This document shows, piece by piece, positions 42,124 to 52,306 of a stretch of 64,000 nt of DNA; positions within the stretch are counted from its first letter, which is position 1, and each line of letters starts with the position of its first letter. The notes beneath the pieces are model-generated. The model did not search any database and was not told the DNA's origin. It saw only the letters and a list, made by a program, of their open reading frames with translations. A program made the translations under genes and the position numbers. Origin of the DNA: a bacterium (lineage in GTDB: Bacteria; Patescibacteriota; Dojkabacteria; SC72); the NCBI GenBank assembly GCA_021463465.1, contig JAJTYH010000003.1, forward strand, positions 3,043 to 67,042, read 5' to 3'.

Positions 42124-43920
42124 TTACTTCTTCAAAACGTCTATGAATACATAGTTGTTTTGAGGTATGGAGAGATACCCAGGGGCTCTCATGTTAAAGA
42201 CCTGTTTGAAATCTGCACCGCTTAACTCGACCGCACCTCTATTAGTAACAAAACTCACTTTTGTAGTAGCTCCAGCACCATTTTGGGTAACCACAGGATT
42301 ACCATTAATAGATGTCACTGGGCTACTAAGCAAAGACTTCATCTCGTCCATTGAATACGGGTTACCCGAGAGACCGCTTATTTTGCACTGCGGAAGGGTC
42401 ACAGGAATTATACGGCTTGTATTTACATAACCTGTTACCCCACTACCTTTAAGTACTAAATAAGTGTTTAAAAGATCGGCCATCTCAGCCTGTGAAAGCC
42501 ATGGATTAGGCTGCGCAGAACAGGCTGCAGAACTGTCTGAATATGTTTGACGATACCATGCTCGATAAAACCAAGGGCTATTCGCTTTGCTCTCCCAAGC
42601 ATTAGTAGTCCAACCATTCCCTCCACCTTGTCCATCAGTAGTATCCCATCCGCTGGTCGTGAGGTAACCACCAGAGGTGGCGGAATAGTAAGTAACAACT
42701 CCACTGATTATTTTTCCATTAGTCTCATCCACTGCCTGCTTCCACCTAGAAGGAGGATTGGCCGACTTAGAAGGGTTCCATACCTGGCAACTCTGAGTTA
42801 TGCAGATTGTAGTGCCGTTGTAATAATAGTTGTAAGCATAAGTTCGAGCGGCAACCGCCTGAGCCTTTAAAGCTTCAAGGTCCCAACTGGACGGCATTTC
42901 AGCAATGCCATATAGATAATCAGTCTCAAAATCCATAGAGCCATATCCTTGCACTTTGATATCACCTGAAGTACCTCTAGTTACTGGACTTTTACTGTAG
43001 TACGCCTTCAATATTGTTTTGTAATCCTGGTTTCCAACAACGGCCCTAGCTTGTGCACCGTACTGACTCATACCTAAACGGTGTGTGTAAGCACCGAAAG
43101 AAAAGACAGCAAAGCTGCCTGTTGGAGCACTCTGTTGAAACCCAGCTAGAGTGGCTGCGGAATCGCCAGAAGTTGGCACAGTTCCTACACTCGTTGTGGC
43201 ACCACTTTTAGCGACAAGGATTGCTACCTGTAAATCTGAAATCTCATCTTTGAGTAAGGTAATCTGTTTTTTCAAACTAACACTCTGCGAATTTTTGGCA
43301 TAAATCTGATTCTCGTAGCTGTTCTTCTGAGCTATCAAATCCAATTTGAGCTTCTCTGTATCCTCTCTCTGGCCATCTAAAGCTTTCTTGTCTTCTGCAA
43401 GTGAAAGCTTTTCACTATTTATTTGCGCAAACTCCTCTCGCTTGCTTCTGAAATTAGCAATATGCTGAGAAAGTAGATACTGTTTATAAAAAAGATTCTG
43501 CGCAAAACCTGCAGAGGAACTGTTCAAAAAGAAGTAATCGAGGATACCTACGCGTGTTACTTTATATAGATCATAAGAGACTTGCCCCAATTGTTCTTTC
43601 TGCTTTTCCAGTAGTTGTTCTTGAGATTTAAGCTGTGCACTTTTGTTCCTAAGCAACTTCAAAGTGTCATTAAGGTAACCTTCCACTTTGAGAATCTCTT
43701 TCTCAATTAGTACGATCTTCTCATCCACACTGGCAGAACTCGCATTGATAGCTTCAATCTCTTTTTTGATTTTTTCCAGATCCTTTTGCTTACTTTCTAC
43801 CTGCCCACTCTTATTATCTAACTCATCCTCCAAGTCACCTAATGACTGGGAGTATACTGGAGAGAAAATCACAGAAAAAAGAAGAGTCAACAAAAGGATT
43901 ATGTTTAGGGCATTCTTCAT
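42124..43920 (-). CDS. Coiled-coil + SpoIID/LytB domain cell-wall enzyme
   Basis: Signal peptide, long coiled coil, GMSQYGA, EMPSSW..EALKAQAVAARTYA. Confidence 0.88.
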   Translation of the reverse strand: MKNALNIILLLTLLFSVIFSPVYSQSLGDLEDELDNKSGQVESKQKDLEKIKKEIEAINASSASVDEKIVLIEKEILKVEGYLNDTLKLLRNKSAQLKSQEQLLEKQKEQLGQVSYDLYKVTRVGILDYFFLNSSSAGFAQNLFYKQYLLSQHIANFRSKREEFAQINSEKLSLAEDKKALDGQREDTEKLKLDLIAQKNSYENQIYAKNSQSVSLKKQITLLKDEISDLQVAILVAKSGATTSVGTVPTSGDSAATLAGFQQSAPTGSFAVFSFGAYTHRLGMSQYGAQARAVVGNQDYKTILKAYYSKSPVTRGTSGDIKVQGYGSMDFETDYLYGIAEMPSSWDLEALKAQAVAARTYAYNYYYNGTTICITQSCQVWNPSKSANPPSRWKQAVDETNGKIISGVVTYYSATSGGYLTTSGWDTTDGQGGGNGWTTNAWESKANSPWFYRAWYRQTYSDSSAACSAQPNPWLSQAEMADLLNTYLVLKGSGVTGYVNTSRIIPVTLPQCKISGLSGNPYSMDEMKSLLSSPVTSINGNPVVTQNGAGATTKVSFVTNRGAVELSGADFKQVFNMRAPGYLSIPQNNYVFIDVLKK

Positions 43921-43945
43921 AACCTTAATATTATACCTGAAATAT

Positions 43946-44266
43946 TTATCCGCCTAAAAAGTCGAATACGAGTTTGAGAACCCAGCTAAATATGAAAAGG
44001 AATATCAAGCCACCAATAGCCCAAGTCAGAGTACCACGTGCTTGATTAGTCTTAGCTGAATCTCCAGCAGAAATTAGCCAAATGTAACCACCGTACACTA
44101 CCATACCTGTCGCTACCAAACCTCCAATAGGTAGAATCATGTCAAAGAAAGCATCCAGAGAACCTCCAAGTTCTTCAAAGCGTGGAGGTGCAGATTGAGC
44201 ATGAACCAAACCCACAGTAAATAAGAAAACTATAATTGTAGTCAGCGCGTTTAGAACTTTCTTCAT
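43946..44266 (-). CDS. TrbC/VirB2-like pilin
   Basis: Signal-AQ, GGYIWLISAGD...ARGTLTWAIGGL. Confidence 0.8.
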   Translation of the reverse strand: MKKVLNALTTIIVFLFTVGLVHAQSAPPRFEELGGSLDAFFDMILPIGGLVATGMVVYGGYIWLISAGDSAKTNQARGTLTWAIGGLIFLFIFSWVLKLVFDFLGG

Positions 44267-44289
44267 ATATCTATTCTAACATGTAATAC

Positions 44290-44320
44290 AAAAAAAGGCA
44301 GGGTTGCCCCTGCCTTTTCC
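44290..44320 (-). terminator. Intrinsic terminator after the 44336-44704 pilin
   Basis: AAAAGGCAGGG-GCAA-CCCTGCCTTTT plus T run. Confidence 0.8.
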
Positions 44321-44335
44321 AATTTCAAACCGAGC

Positions 44336-44704
44336 TTATGAAACTTTAAGTAAGTTTGTAAGCACGAAGTTGACTATAAGGACTGAAACGAAACAGATTA
44401 CCAAACCAACAACGGCATAGGTAATACCCTTTGTAGCCTTCTCAACTTTACCCTCATCCCCTGCAGCCATAATATATTGGATACCACTGTAAACCAAGAT
44501 ACCAACAGCTACTAAAGCTGAAAGTGCAATCACTAAGTTTAGCGCACTCTTAATGAAACTTATAAGGTCACCACTTCCTGCACTGGAAATACCACCAACA
44601 AACTGTCCAGCACTCTGTGCAAATACAGCCGATGTAAGGTAAAGAGATGACGAAACAGCAGAAGCTGCTGCTGCAATCTTTGTCAAAGCATTTCTAACTT
44701 TCAT
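44336..44704 (-). CDS. TrbC/VirB2-like pilin (probable major subunit)
   Basis: SGIQYIMAAGDEGKVEKATKGITYAVVGL; own promoter-like element and terminator. Confidence 0.85.
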   Translation of the reverse strand: MKVRNALTKIAAAASAVSSSLYLTSAVFAQSAGQFVGGISSAGSGDLISFIKSALNLVIALSALVAVGILVYSGIQYIMAAGDEGKVEKATKGITYAVVGLVICFVSVLIVNFVLTNLLKVS

Positions 44705-44780
44705 GTTTATGAGTATTAAATTAACACTGCTATATCAAACAAGAGTATTATATTACACATATAACGCTCTTTTCAATACC

Positions 44781-45113
44781 TTACCTCAAAACTTGTTCAA
44801 CTACAAATTTGATAATTGTTCCAGCCAAAAATACAATTAGCATACCGATTGTAGCTGCTTTGATTGTATTCTGACCCTCAACTAAGTGATCAGCTTCTCC
44901 TTGTGCTGAAATTATGATTTTATATCCACCGTAAACATATAGTGCAACTGTGACCAATGCTGAGAAAGCAATCGCTGTATTAATAAGGAAAGTAAGCCTT
45001 TCAACCGTGCCATCCAATGTCGTAAAAGCGTCTCCTCCAAAAGGGTTAGAAATACCGTACCAAGTAGCAAAAAGAATTCCTTTAGTTTTAATGTATTCCC
45101 AAAATTTTTTCAT
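44781..45113 (-). CDS. TrbC/VirB2-like pilin
   Basis: GGYKIIISAQGE...GQNTIKAATIGM. Confidence 0.75.
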   Translation of the reverse strand: MKKFWEYIKTKGILFATWYGISNPFGGDAFTTLDGTVERLTFLINTAIAFSALVTVALYVYGGYKIIISAQGEADHLVEGQNTIKAATIGMLIVFLAGTIIKFVVEQVLR

Positions 45114-45463
45114 GGCTGAATTCCAGGTATATTAAGTGTGTTTTGAATCAAAAGTAGTATCGCAACCGAAAGAGCAATAAGGGCAAATCCTATGATGGCG
45201 TTAGTAGCCACTTCTCTTGCCTCACCAAGCTTTTCAGGATTTCCCTGACTTGTAATCATAACATATCCTGCATAACTCATTAATGCCATTGCAGCCAAAA
45301 CTCCAAGTGGTACCGATAAACTTACCAACGCATTTACCAACCCAGTAAGGTCCTGTTGTTGAGTCACGTTGTTGATTTGACCAGCAACAATTTCCCCGAG
45401 TGCATCGGCATGAACTTTACCAGTCGGAATCAAGCTAATTATCTTATTTATCAAACTCAACAT
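45110..45463 (-). CDS. TrbC/VirB2-like pilin
   Basis: AGYVMITSQGNPEKLGEAREVATNAIIGF. Confidence 0.82.
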   Translation of the reverse strand: MLSLINKIISLIPTGKVHADALGEIVAGQINNVTQQQDLTGLVNALVSLSVPLGVLAAMALMSYAGYVMITSQGNPEKLGEAREVATNAIIGFALIALSVAILLLIQNTLNIPGIQP

Positions 45464-45481
45464 ATTCTGCGCTATTATACA

Positions 45482-48445
45482 CTAGATTAATCCATCATCC
45501 CATATTTGATTCTTCTCGCAAAAAAAGCAGTAATGCCCTTCAGGCACAGAGAAGTCCCCTGCCCTAATTTTTGCAACTATTTCGCGGATATGCGCGAGCA
45601 CCTGAGTTCTACGCGTCAAATCAACTGTCACTTCAATCTTTTTACAGTGCTCAACATATACATACGAAGCTTTTTGAACTACAAATCCCATTGTTTCAGC
45701 AACAATATATGCATAAAGCTGAAGCTGCCAGTCTTTCTGAGCCTCTTTAATGTCCTTAACCTTACCTGTCTTGTAATCCATTATCTCCACATACTTTTTC
45801 CCATCTTTCTCCTCCAAAAGATCAATCCGGTCAATTCTCCCACGAATCTTAAAGTCATCTAAGGCATATTCAAAAGACCTCTCAATATACAAAGGTTTTT
45901 CCTTTAATGAGTAAAATTTATCAAAGTATTCAGAAAGCGACTTTTCCCCCTCCTCGTAGCGTTTAAGCTCGTGATCCTTACTATCATACCCAGCGCTAAT
46001 CCAATTCTTTCTATAGTACCGAATTAAGTCTTCCTTTGTTGGTAAAGTTACAAAACCATCCAAACTTTGCCTCGAAGCAGCCAACTGCTCGTAAACGTTC
46101 TTCAGTGTATTGTGAACCGCACTCCCAAAAGATGATGCACTCGAAATTGGCGATGGTAGTTTCAGAATATATTCATACTTATACTGTCGGGGACACATCT
46201 CATACATATGGAGTTGTGTGTAGCTGAATTCGTTAAGAGTTTTAATCCCAAGCTTTACATAGTCAAGTGCAGGCGCAATAGATTTAACCTTTACCTCTTT
46301 CGATTCGACCTCTGGTACTACTTGCTTGATAACCTCTTCATCTAGGCTTTCAAAGATAAAAGGGCTGAGTTTTTTCTTACGCTTACCCTCACCGTAATAC
46401 TGTGCCCCAGTAAGGTAGAGGATTTCCTTAGCCCGAGTATATGCGACATAAGCTAATCTACGTTCCTCCATAGTATGCTCAGCCTTTGGGTTTTCCGGTA
46501 AAATTTCTTTAATCAGTGCGTCCGGAATTGGAATAGTATCTTGACGATTTCGACTCGGAAATCTTTCAGATACCATATTAGCAACGAAAACCACAGGGAA
46601 TTCTAAGCCCTTTGAAGAATGGATTGTAAGAACATTTACTGCATCGTATTCGTCAAACGAGGAGGCATCTACCGTTGGGCTTTCCCCTACTTCTGCACTA
46701 TACTCGAGATAATCCAGATATTCATAGAGGTTAGTACCAGGATTCTTATGCCAAAAGGTATTGAGCATATCAAAGTATTTACGTACATTCTCTACAATAA
46801 AAGTATTCTTACCACTGTCATCCTCAGTATATTTAGCTTTCAAACCACTATGTTCAAAAAAATGGTAAAGGATTTCACCTGCAGATTTCCCCTTAGCCAA
46901 CATTTCCATTGCTCCATCATATATATCTACCAACTGCTTTATTCCCCCAACAGTCGAGATCTTTATATTGCTAGCCTCAATGCTTTCATCGCTCCCAATC
47001 TTCTTTCCTGCAATTCGTTCCAGAACTTCCAAAGTCGTTTGCTTTTCTAACTTAGCCACTCTCAGAATTTCGACGATATCACGGGGTTTAAGCTGCCATT
47101 GAGGCATGCTCAGTATATTAAAAGAGCTCACAGCATCGCCACTGTTCACCAATGATTTCAGAAAGGAGATTAAGATTACCACCTCAGGCCTTTGGTACAA
47201 ACTTCTTGAACCACCTAATTTGTATGGAATACCCCTATGTCTAAGCGTATCAATAATTTCATCAGCATGTTGATTTGCCCTTACCAGAATAGCGAAATCC
47301 TGAAAGCTGTATTCACCCTCTTTGTGAAGCTGCGTAATCTCTTGCGCAATCTTTTCTGCTTCGCTATCAGAGGTATTTTCGTGTAGTAATCTAACGCTTG
47401 CTTCCCCTCCTTTGCCTACCTCGGACTTCAGCTGCTTGTCGATTTTTTCTTTGACTTCTAACCGGTAAGGATTGTTATGCTTTACCAGCTTGTAGGCCAC
47501 ATCTAGAATGGCCTGATTTGACCGATAATTAGTAGTTAAAACAACGCTTTTTGCCTCAGGATAGCTCTTTTTAAATTGGAGGATATTAGAGATTGCAGCA
47601 CCTCGGAACTTGTATATCGCCTGGTCATCATCCCCAACAACGGTGATGTTAGCACTTTTTCTATCCTTTGCTGTAGCAACAGGTTCTTCCTTTCCTAGAG
47701 CCAATAAGTTGACTAATACATTCTGTGTATAGTTGGTATCTTGAAACTCGTCAACCAGAATATACTTAAACTGTTTATGATATTTCTCAAGAATGTTAGG
47801 TTTTGTTCTGAAAAGTCTCAATACAGTAATTATCAGGTCTCCAAAATCCAATTTTGAATTGACAATCTTTACTTCAGAATACATCTTGTAGGTGGCGCTT
47901 AATTCCATTGCCTCTTCTTTAACCTCTTGTTCCTCTTTAGTGGTAGCTTTTAGGTTGTTGGCATAATCAATGTAATCCTGGGGGCTTACATCTTCATCTT
48001 GAAGCCTGGAAAAGTGGGAAAGGATGTCTGAAATGAACCTCGTAGGGTTACCCAGAGGCCTGAACTTCTTCAAAGGGAAAGCAAAAAGGTTTCTGCGGAA
48101 AAGGATATACGCTTCAGACTGAGTCATCAAACTGTAGCTGCTGTCTAAACCAATATATATACCTTCTTGTTTGAGAATTTTGTCAGCAAATGAATGAAAG
48201 GTAGAAATCCAAGGCTGCTCATAGCCTAAAGGCATCATTACATCTACTCTTTCTTCCATCTCATTAGCAGCCTTTTCAGTGAAGGTGAGCGCCAAGACCT
48301 CAGAGGGTTGCGCCCATTTCTCATTTAAAATATGCCCTATTCGCTCAGTGATTACTTTAGTCTTACCGGTACCTGCACCAGCAATAATAAGGAGCGGACC
48401 AGATTTATGTTTAACAGCTTTAAGTTGATTAGGATTTAAATCCAT
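45482..48445 (-). CDS. UvrD/PcrA-family helicase fused to a C-terminal PD-(D/E)xK nuclease (AdnAB/AddA-like)
   Basis: AGAGTGKT, DEFQDTN, VGDDDQAIY, EERRLAYVAYTRA; FSYTQL, GRIDRID, DYKTG. Confidence 0.93.
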   Translation of the reverse strand: MDLNPNQLKAVKHKSGPLLIIAGAGTGKTKVITERIGHILNEKWAQPSEVLALTFTEKAANEMEERVDVMMPLGYEQPWISTFHSFADKILKQEGIYIGLDSSYSLMTQSEAYILFRRNLFAFPLKKFRPLGNPTRFISDILSHFSRLQDEDVSPQDYIDYANNLKATTKEEQEVKEEAMELSATYKMYSEVKIVNSKLDFGDLIITVLRLFRTKPNILEKYHKQFKYILVDEFQDTNYTQNVLVNLLALGKEEPVATAKDRKSANITVVGDDDQAIYKFRGAAISNILQFKKSYPEAKSVVLTTNYRSNQAILDVAYKLVKHNNPYRLEVKEKIDKQLKSEVGKGGEASVRLLHENTSDSEAEKIAQEITQLHKEGEYSFQDFAILVRANQHADEIIDTLRHRGIPYKLGGSRSLYQRPEVVILISFLKSLVNSGDAVSSFNILSMPQWQLKPRDIVEILRVAKLEKQTTLEVLERIAGKKIGSDESIEASNIKISTVGGIKQLVDIYDGAMEMLAKGKSAGEILYHFFEHSGLKAKYTEDDSGKNTFIVENVRKYFDMLNTFWHKNPGTNLYEYLDYLEYSAEVGESPTVDASSFDEYDAVNVLTIHSSKGLEFPVVFVANMVSERFPSRNRQDTIPIPDALIKEILPENPKAEHTMEERRLAYVAYTRAKEILYLTGAQYYGEGKRKKKLSPFIFESLDEEVIKQVVPEVESKEVKVKSIAPALDYVKLGIKTLNEFSYTQLHMYEMCPRQYKYEYILKLPSPISSASSFGSAVHNTLKNVYEQLAASRQSLDGFVTLPTKEDLIRYYRKNWISAGYDSKDHELKRYEEGEKSLSEYFDKFYSLKEKPLYIERSFEYALDDFKIRGRIDRIDLLEEKDGKKYVEIMDYKTGKVKDIKEAQKDWQLQLYAYIVAETMGFVVQKASYVYVEHCKKIEVTVDLTRRTQVLAHIREIVAKIRAGDFSVPEGHYCFFCEKNQIWDDGLI

Positions 48446-49317
48446 TATTTTGCTATCGATTTAAGTACTTCACACTCTTTTCCAAATGTCTCGGGTTTCT
48501 TCAAGTTCGGAGTTTCAAGAATGAAAGGGATATCCTTCAATTTAGGATGATTAACAATATTTGTAATAGCTTCTAAACCAATCTGGCCTTCGCCTAAGTT
48601 GGCATGTCGATCTTTATGGCTATTAAAAGGTACCATCGAATCATTTAAATGGAAACATTTAATATTCTCCAAACCTAAAATTGACTCTATTTTCTTAATA
48701 ATTCCCTCCAAATCATTTACCCAATCGTAACCACTCACGAACATATGCTCAGTATCAAGCACGTAACCAATCCGTTCTTTCTTTTGCACCCCATCACGCA
48801 TACTGGCCAGTTCTTCCAATGTATCGCCCATAACCGCTCCAGATCCCGCAGAACTTTCAAGCAGAATTGGACATTCTCCCTGGGTGTTATCAATAACCCA
48901 ATCTAATCCATAACTAATGCGTTTTATCCCTTCTTCAGGGGTTAAATCCTTTGCTGAACCAGGGTGAAAGGTAACTCCTATCACTTCAAGGTCAGAACCT
49001 AGCTCTTTGGCATATTTCATGAGATTTGCGCCATAGTTAACGTAAGTTGCTACTGAAAGCTTGCTTAAATGGAACATCTGGCTATCCTGTCTTGCAAGAT
49101 TAATCAGATACACTCCGTGCATCAATACCTTCTTAACACTGCTATTCTTTTGCAGCTCTACAAAAAGCTTAGCGTTCTCCTCAGGAAGTTCTTTAGCACT
49201 CCATCGCATAGGAGCAGAAGGCATAATCTGAACAGTGTTAATACCGTATGTATCAGCCATCTTCATAGTATTAGCTGGACCACCTGCAGAAGTAACGTGA
49301 GCACCTATATATCGCAT
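48445..49317 (-). CDS. nfo: Endonuclease IV
   Basis: IGAHV, HPGS, LDTEH, HLNDS, DRH, LETP; start at MRYIGAH. Confidence 0.95.
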   Translation of the reverse strand: MRYIGAHVTSAGGPANTMKMADTYGINTVQIMPSAPMRWSAKELPEENAKLFVELQKNSSVKKVLMHGVYLINLARQDSQMFHLSKLSVATYVNYGANLMKYAKELGSDLEVIGVTFHPGSAKDLTPEEGIKRISYGLDWVIDNTQGECPILLESSAGSGAVMGDTLEELASMRDGVQKKERIGYVLDTEHMFVSGYDWVNDLEGIIKKIESILGLENIKCFHLNDSMVPFNSHKDRHANLGEGQIGLEAITNIVNHPKLKDIPFILETPNLKKPETFGKECEVLKSIAK

Positions 49318-49434
49318 AAGGCTAAATATAAATTTAGTTACTTTCTTTTTCAAACACTCTATGAATTGTATCACAGGAAAGTAAAAAGATTGATTAGGAA
49401 GGACATTAAATATATAATTTGCAAGATTTTACGG

Positions 49435-49522
49435 GGAGAGGTGGCTGAGTGGCCGAAAGCGCCTCACTGCTAACGAGGTGTACCTAACGGTACCACGGGT
49501 TCGAATCCCGTCCTCTCCGCCA
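49435..49522 (+). tRNA. tRNA-Ser(GCT), CCA encoded
   Basis: GGAGAGG...CCTCTCCGCCA, long variable arm, GCT anticodon. Confidence 0.95.
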
Positions 49523-49557
49523 TATATTCACGGTAGCGACAAGACCCACCCACCTTC
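49516..49557 (+). repeat. att-like repeat R1 (core overlaps the tRNA 3' end)
   Basis: TCCGCCATATATTCACGGTAGCGACAAGACCCACCCACCTTC; 41/42 identical to 50098-50139. Confidence 0.9.
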
Positions 49558-49687
49558 CTAAGGAAGGCTCACTGGGATTGAGTTATTTCCACCCTTAAAC
49601 CATTGATTTCAAAATAATGGCCTTTGAGTTAAAATGTACCATTCTCAGAGGAGTTTTAGTGTATTCTGGTTTAGTATAAAAATATCA

Positions 49688-50059
49688 TTACGGTTTAAAG
49701 TATGCCTTTGCAATCATTTCCCTATAGGGAAATGATATTTTCATTATCTTAATCTCCTCCTCACTATACCATGAGTACTTATCTGGTAAACTCTTTGTTG
49801 GCTTAAATTTATAAAGCGGTGTGCATGCGTAAACAATAGATATTTGATTGATTTCATCAAAGTTATACGCAGCAATAACACCTAACATTTCTATCGTTAA
49901 TCCAGTGTAATTAAGTAAAAATCTTTTGTAGGCATCTTCAATTCTCTCTCTATCATTTATAGTCGAAAATGGCAGCATAAATTCGTCATTGAGCTTTTCT
50001 AATAAAATTTTATTCTCACTATTAAATAAAACTGCAATTACCTTAATTTCTTTTTTCAT
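49688..50059 (-). CDS. NUDIX-fold protein with degenerate Nudix box
   Basis: KILLEK...LPFSTINDRERIEDAYKRFLLNYTGL; start at MKKEIK. Confidence 0.7.
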   Translation of the reverse strand: MKKEIKVIAVLFNSENKILLEKLNDEFMLPFSTINDRERIEDAYKRFLLNYTGLTIEMLGVIAAYNFDEINQISIVYACTPLYKFKPTKSLPDKYSWYSEEEIKIMKISFPYREMIAKAYFKP

Positions 50060-50081
50060 AATTAGATTATACAACTTTTAG

Positions 50082-50167
50082 TTCCAGACCCGTATGTTCC
50101 GCCATATTTTCACGGTAGCGACAAGACCCACCCACCTTCTTTCAAAATCCTTCCACACTTTAAATTA
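50082..50167 (+). repeat. att-like repeat R2
   Basis: TTCCAGACCCGTATG + 42-bp core + TTTCAAAATCCTTCCACACTTTAAATT. Confidence 0.9.
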
Positions 50168-50352
50168 TATACTGGTGGAGGAAAACATCTCGAATTTCGA
50201 GTTAAATTAGTATAACTCAGTTAGAAGGAGTTACCTTTTTTTTCTTGGGCAAGTGTGATCTTCAAATCCGGTTCCTTTTCTATTCCTATCCCAAAGATTT
50301 TGTTGATAAATTAGCGAAAACATATGTACACCACCATATGATAAAATTAATA

Positions 50353-51030
50353 ATGGAAAAGATTGGGATTATAGGGATAACATCAGAAGGAGCTTCTTTA
50401 TGCTATAAAACTATTATCGCTGAATCCACAAAAACGCTAGGTGGATTTAATAATGTAGAAGTCGTACTAGTCCAGCCAAATTTTAATAATATTTTAGAAG
50501 CTCAAAAGACAAAGGATTGGAATAAAGTAGCTACGATTATTATCGATTCTGGTAAACAACTTGAAAAATTAGGAGTAACTAAAATTGTAATTCCAGCAAA
50601 TTCAATCCATTTTGCAATTAAGAAAATCCAAGCGGGACTGGATATTCCTGTGATTAACATATTAGATGTTGTAAAGGATGTTTGTATAAAGGAGAATTAT
50701 AAAAAAGCTTTGATTCTAGGAGTTGGAATTACGATGAGCGATAATCTTTACAAAGCTGTTCTAGAAAGTAATCATGTAACTTACACCCTTCCAAACGAAG
50801 ATGATTGTAATGCTCTAGATAGAATAATTTACGAAGAACTCGTTAAAGGAATTGTAAGCCCAGAATCGACAAGAAAAATCCTGAATATAATACAAAAAGG
50901 CAAGGATAACTTATGTGACGTTGCTATACTTGCTTGTACTGAACTTCCGATGGCTATAAAGAGCACTAATTCTCCTGTACCAACAATTGATACAACGAGA
51001 GAACTTGCATTAGCTTCTTTGCTAAACTAA
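50353..51030 (+). CDS. Aspartate/glutamate racemase family protein
   Basis: MEKIGIIG, IPANSIH, ILACTELP, IDTT; start at MEKIG. Confidence 0.88.
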   Translation: MEKIGIIGITSEGASLCYKTIIAESTKTLGGFNNVEVVLVQPNFNNILEAQKTKDWNKVATIIIDSGKQLEKLGVTKIVIPANSIHFAIKKIQAGLDIPVINILDVVKDVCIKENYKKALILGVGITMSDNLYKAVLESNHVTYTLPNEDDCNALDRIIYEELVKGIVSPESTRKILNIIQKGKDNLCDVAILACTELPMAIKSTNSPVPTIDTTRELALASLLN

Positions 51031-52040
51031 TTCTTTACGAGGATTTTAAGTTCGTTTAATAAATTATCCTCAACTTCTATTTCACCAGTGGACAATACTT
51101 TTGCCATAGCATCATCACCTTTTTCGCCTGGGAGCTGAACTTTCTTAACTCCTCCAAGTGTTTTTGCATTATGTATTCTTTCAACAACCATATCCATATC
51201 TTTTTTGAATTCATTTATATCTACAAATGCTGAGGGATCAATTGCAATTACAACATTTCCCCAACCAAGTTCAGATTTAATACCGGTAACAGCGGATCTG
51301 ATAACTGGGCCTGTGAGAAGTTCAACAACAAGGTTTAATCCATATCCCTTATAATTTTTATCAAATGGTCGAATAGCTCCTTCCATTGCTTTTGCAGGAT
51401 CTGTTGTTAAATTTCCTTCTCCATCATACGCAACATCACCTGGAATACTCTGTCCAGCAGTTTTTGCTTGTACTAGACCAAACCATGCCATAGCACTTGT
51501 AGCCATATCAAAGACAACAGGTGCTTTTGTTGTTGGAAAACCATAAGCCATAGGATTTGTTCCAAACTTTGGTTCGTATGATCCAAACGGTGCAACAGTT
51601 TCCGGAGACCCAGAATATATCATTCCTACCATATCAGCTTTTGCAATTTCTCTTGCAAAGTATCCAATAGCACCTGTTGAACTAAATGTATTTGTTAAAC
51701 CTACAATTGAAATCCCAAACTCCTTTGCTCGTTCTATTGCCATTTTAATGGCCTTCTTCATTGGCACCATTCCAAAATTCTTTCCTCCATCTAATAATAC
51801 TGAGGCTTTTCTTTCTTTTAAAACTTTAATCTCAGTCGCTTCGGGACTCTTCGGAATTCCTTTCCCAATTAGTTTAACTATTCCTTGGTTATTTCCTCTC
51901 ATCTGTGCATATAGCAGAACTTCACCAATCACATTTGACTCTTCTTCTGTATACCCATATTTTAATAGTGCTTTATGCACGATTTCCTTTAATTCTGATA
52001 ACTGAATTTTCATATTTATTTTTGTTAATTTATCGACCAT
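51027..52040 (-). CDS. Ldh_2 (type 2 malate/L-lactate dehydrogenase) family oxidoreductase
   Basis: LDGGKNFG, FGTNPMAYGFP, FDMATS, KGYGL, LPGE. Confidence 0.9.
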   Translation of the reverse strand: MVDKLTKINMKIQLSELKEIVHKALLKYGYTEEESNVIGEVLLYAQMRGNNQGIVKLIGKGIPKSPEATEIKVLKERKASVLLDGGKNFGMVPMKKAIKMAIERAKEFGISIVGLTNTFSSTGAIGYFAREIAKADMVGMIYSGSPETVAPFGSYEPKFGTNPMAYGFPTTKAPVVFDMATSAMAWFGLVQAKTAGQSIPGDVAYDGEGNLTTDPAKAMEGAIRPFDKNYKGYGLNLVVELLTGPVIRSAVTGIKSELGWGNVVIAIDPSAFVDINEFKKDMDMVVERIHNAKTLGGVKKVQLPGEKGDDAMAKVLSTGEIEVEDNLLNELKILVKN

Positions 52041-52155
52041 AGTTTATCGCAATTACTCCTAAATGACGAATTTGTAATCTGCTGACCTCTTCACCTATGG
52101 TAATGAGGTTTGAACATTTTTCTTTAAAATTCCTTAACAGCTAATAATACTTTCA

Positions 52156-52242
52156 CACGGTTGAAATCCAGCCCTCTCCTCCATAACCGCTCTACAATGA
52201 CAGGGCTCACCATCTTTAAGATTGCTTACAGGAATGTGATTC
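52156..52242 (+). repeat. Decayed att-like repeat R3 (includes tRNA-Ser T arm/acceptor copy)
   Basis: CACGGTTGAAATCCAGCCCTCTCCTCCATA versus tRNA CACGGGTTCGAATCCCGTCCTCTCCGCCATA; downstream TAAGATTGCTTACAGG resembles the R1 flank. Confidence 0.7.
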
Positions 52243-52306
52243 GTTACATACTAAAAAAGTAGTTCCCAAATCTAATTCTTCAATACTTAGTGGTATAATA
52301 ATCCAA

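Noticed and set aside
44741-44771. Imperfect palindrome over the pilin promoter, as a dif site or operator
   Set aside because: AT-rich, poor match to dif; could be a weak terminator or chance
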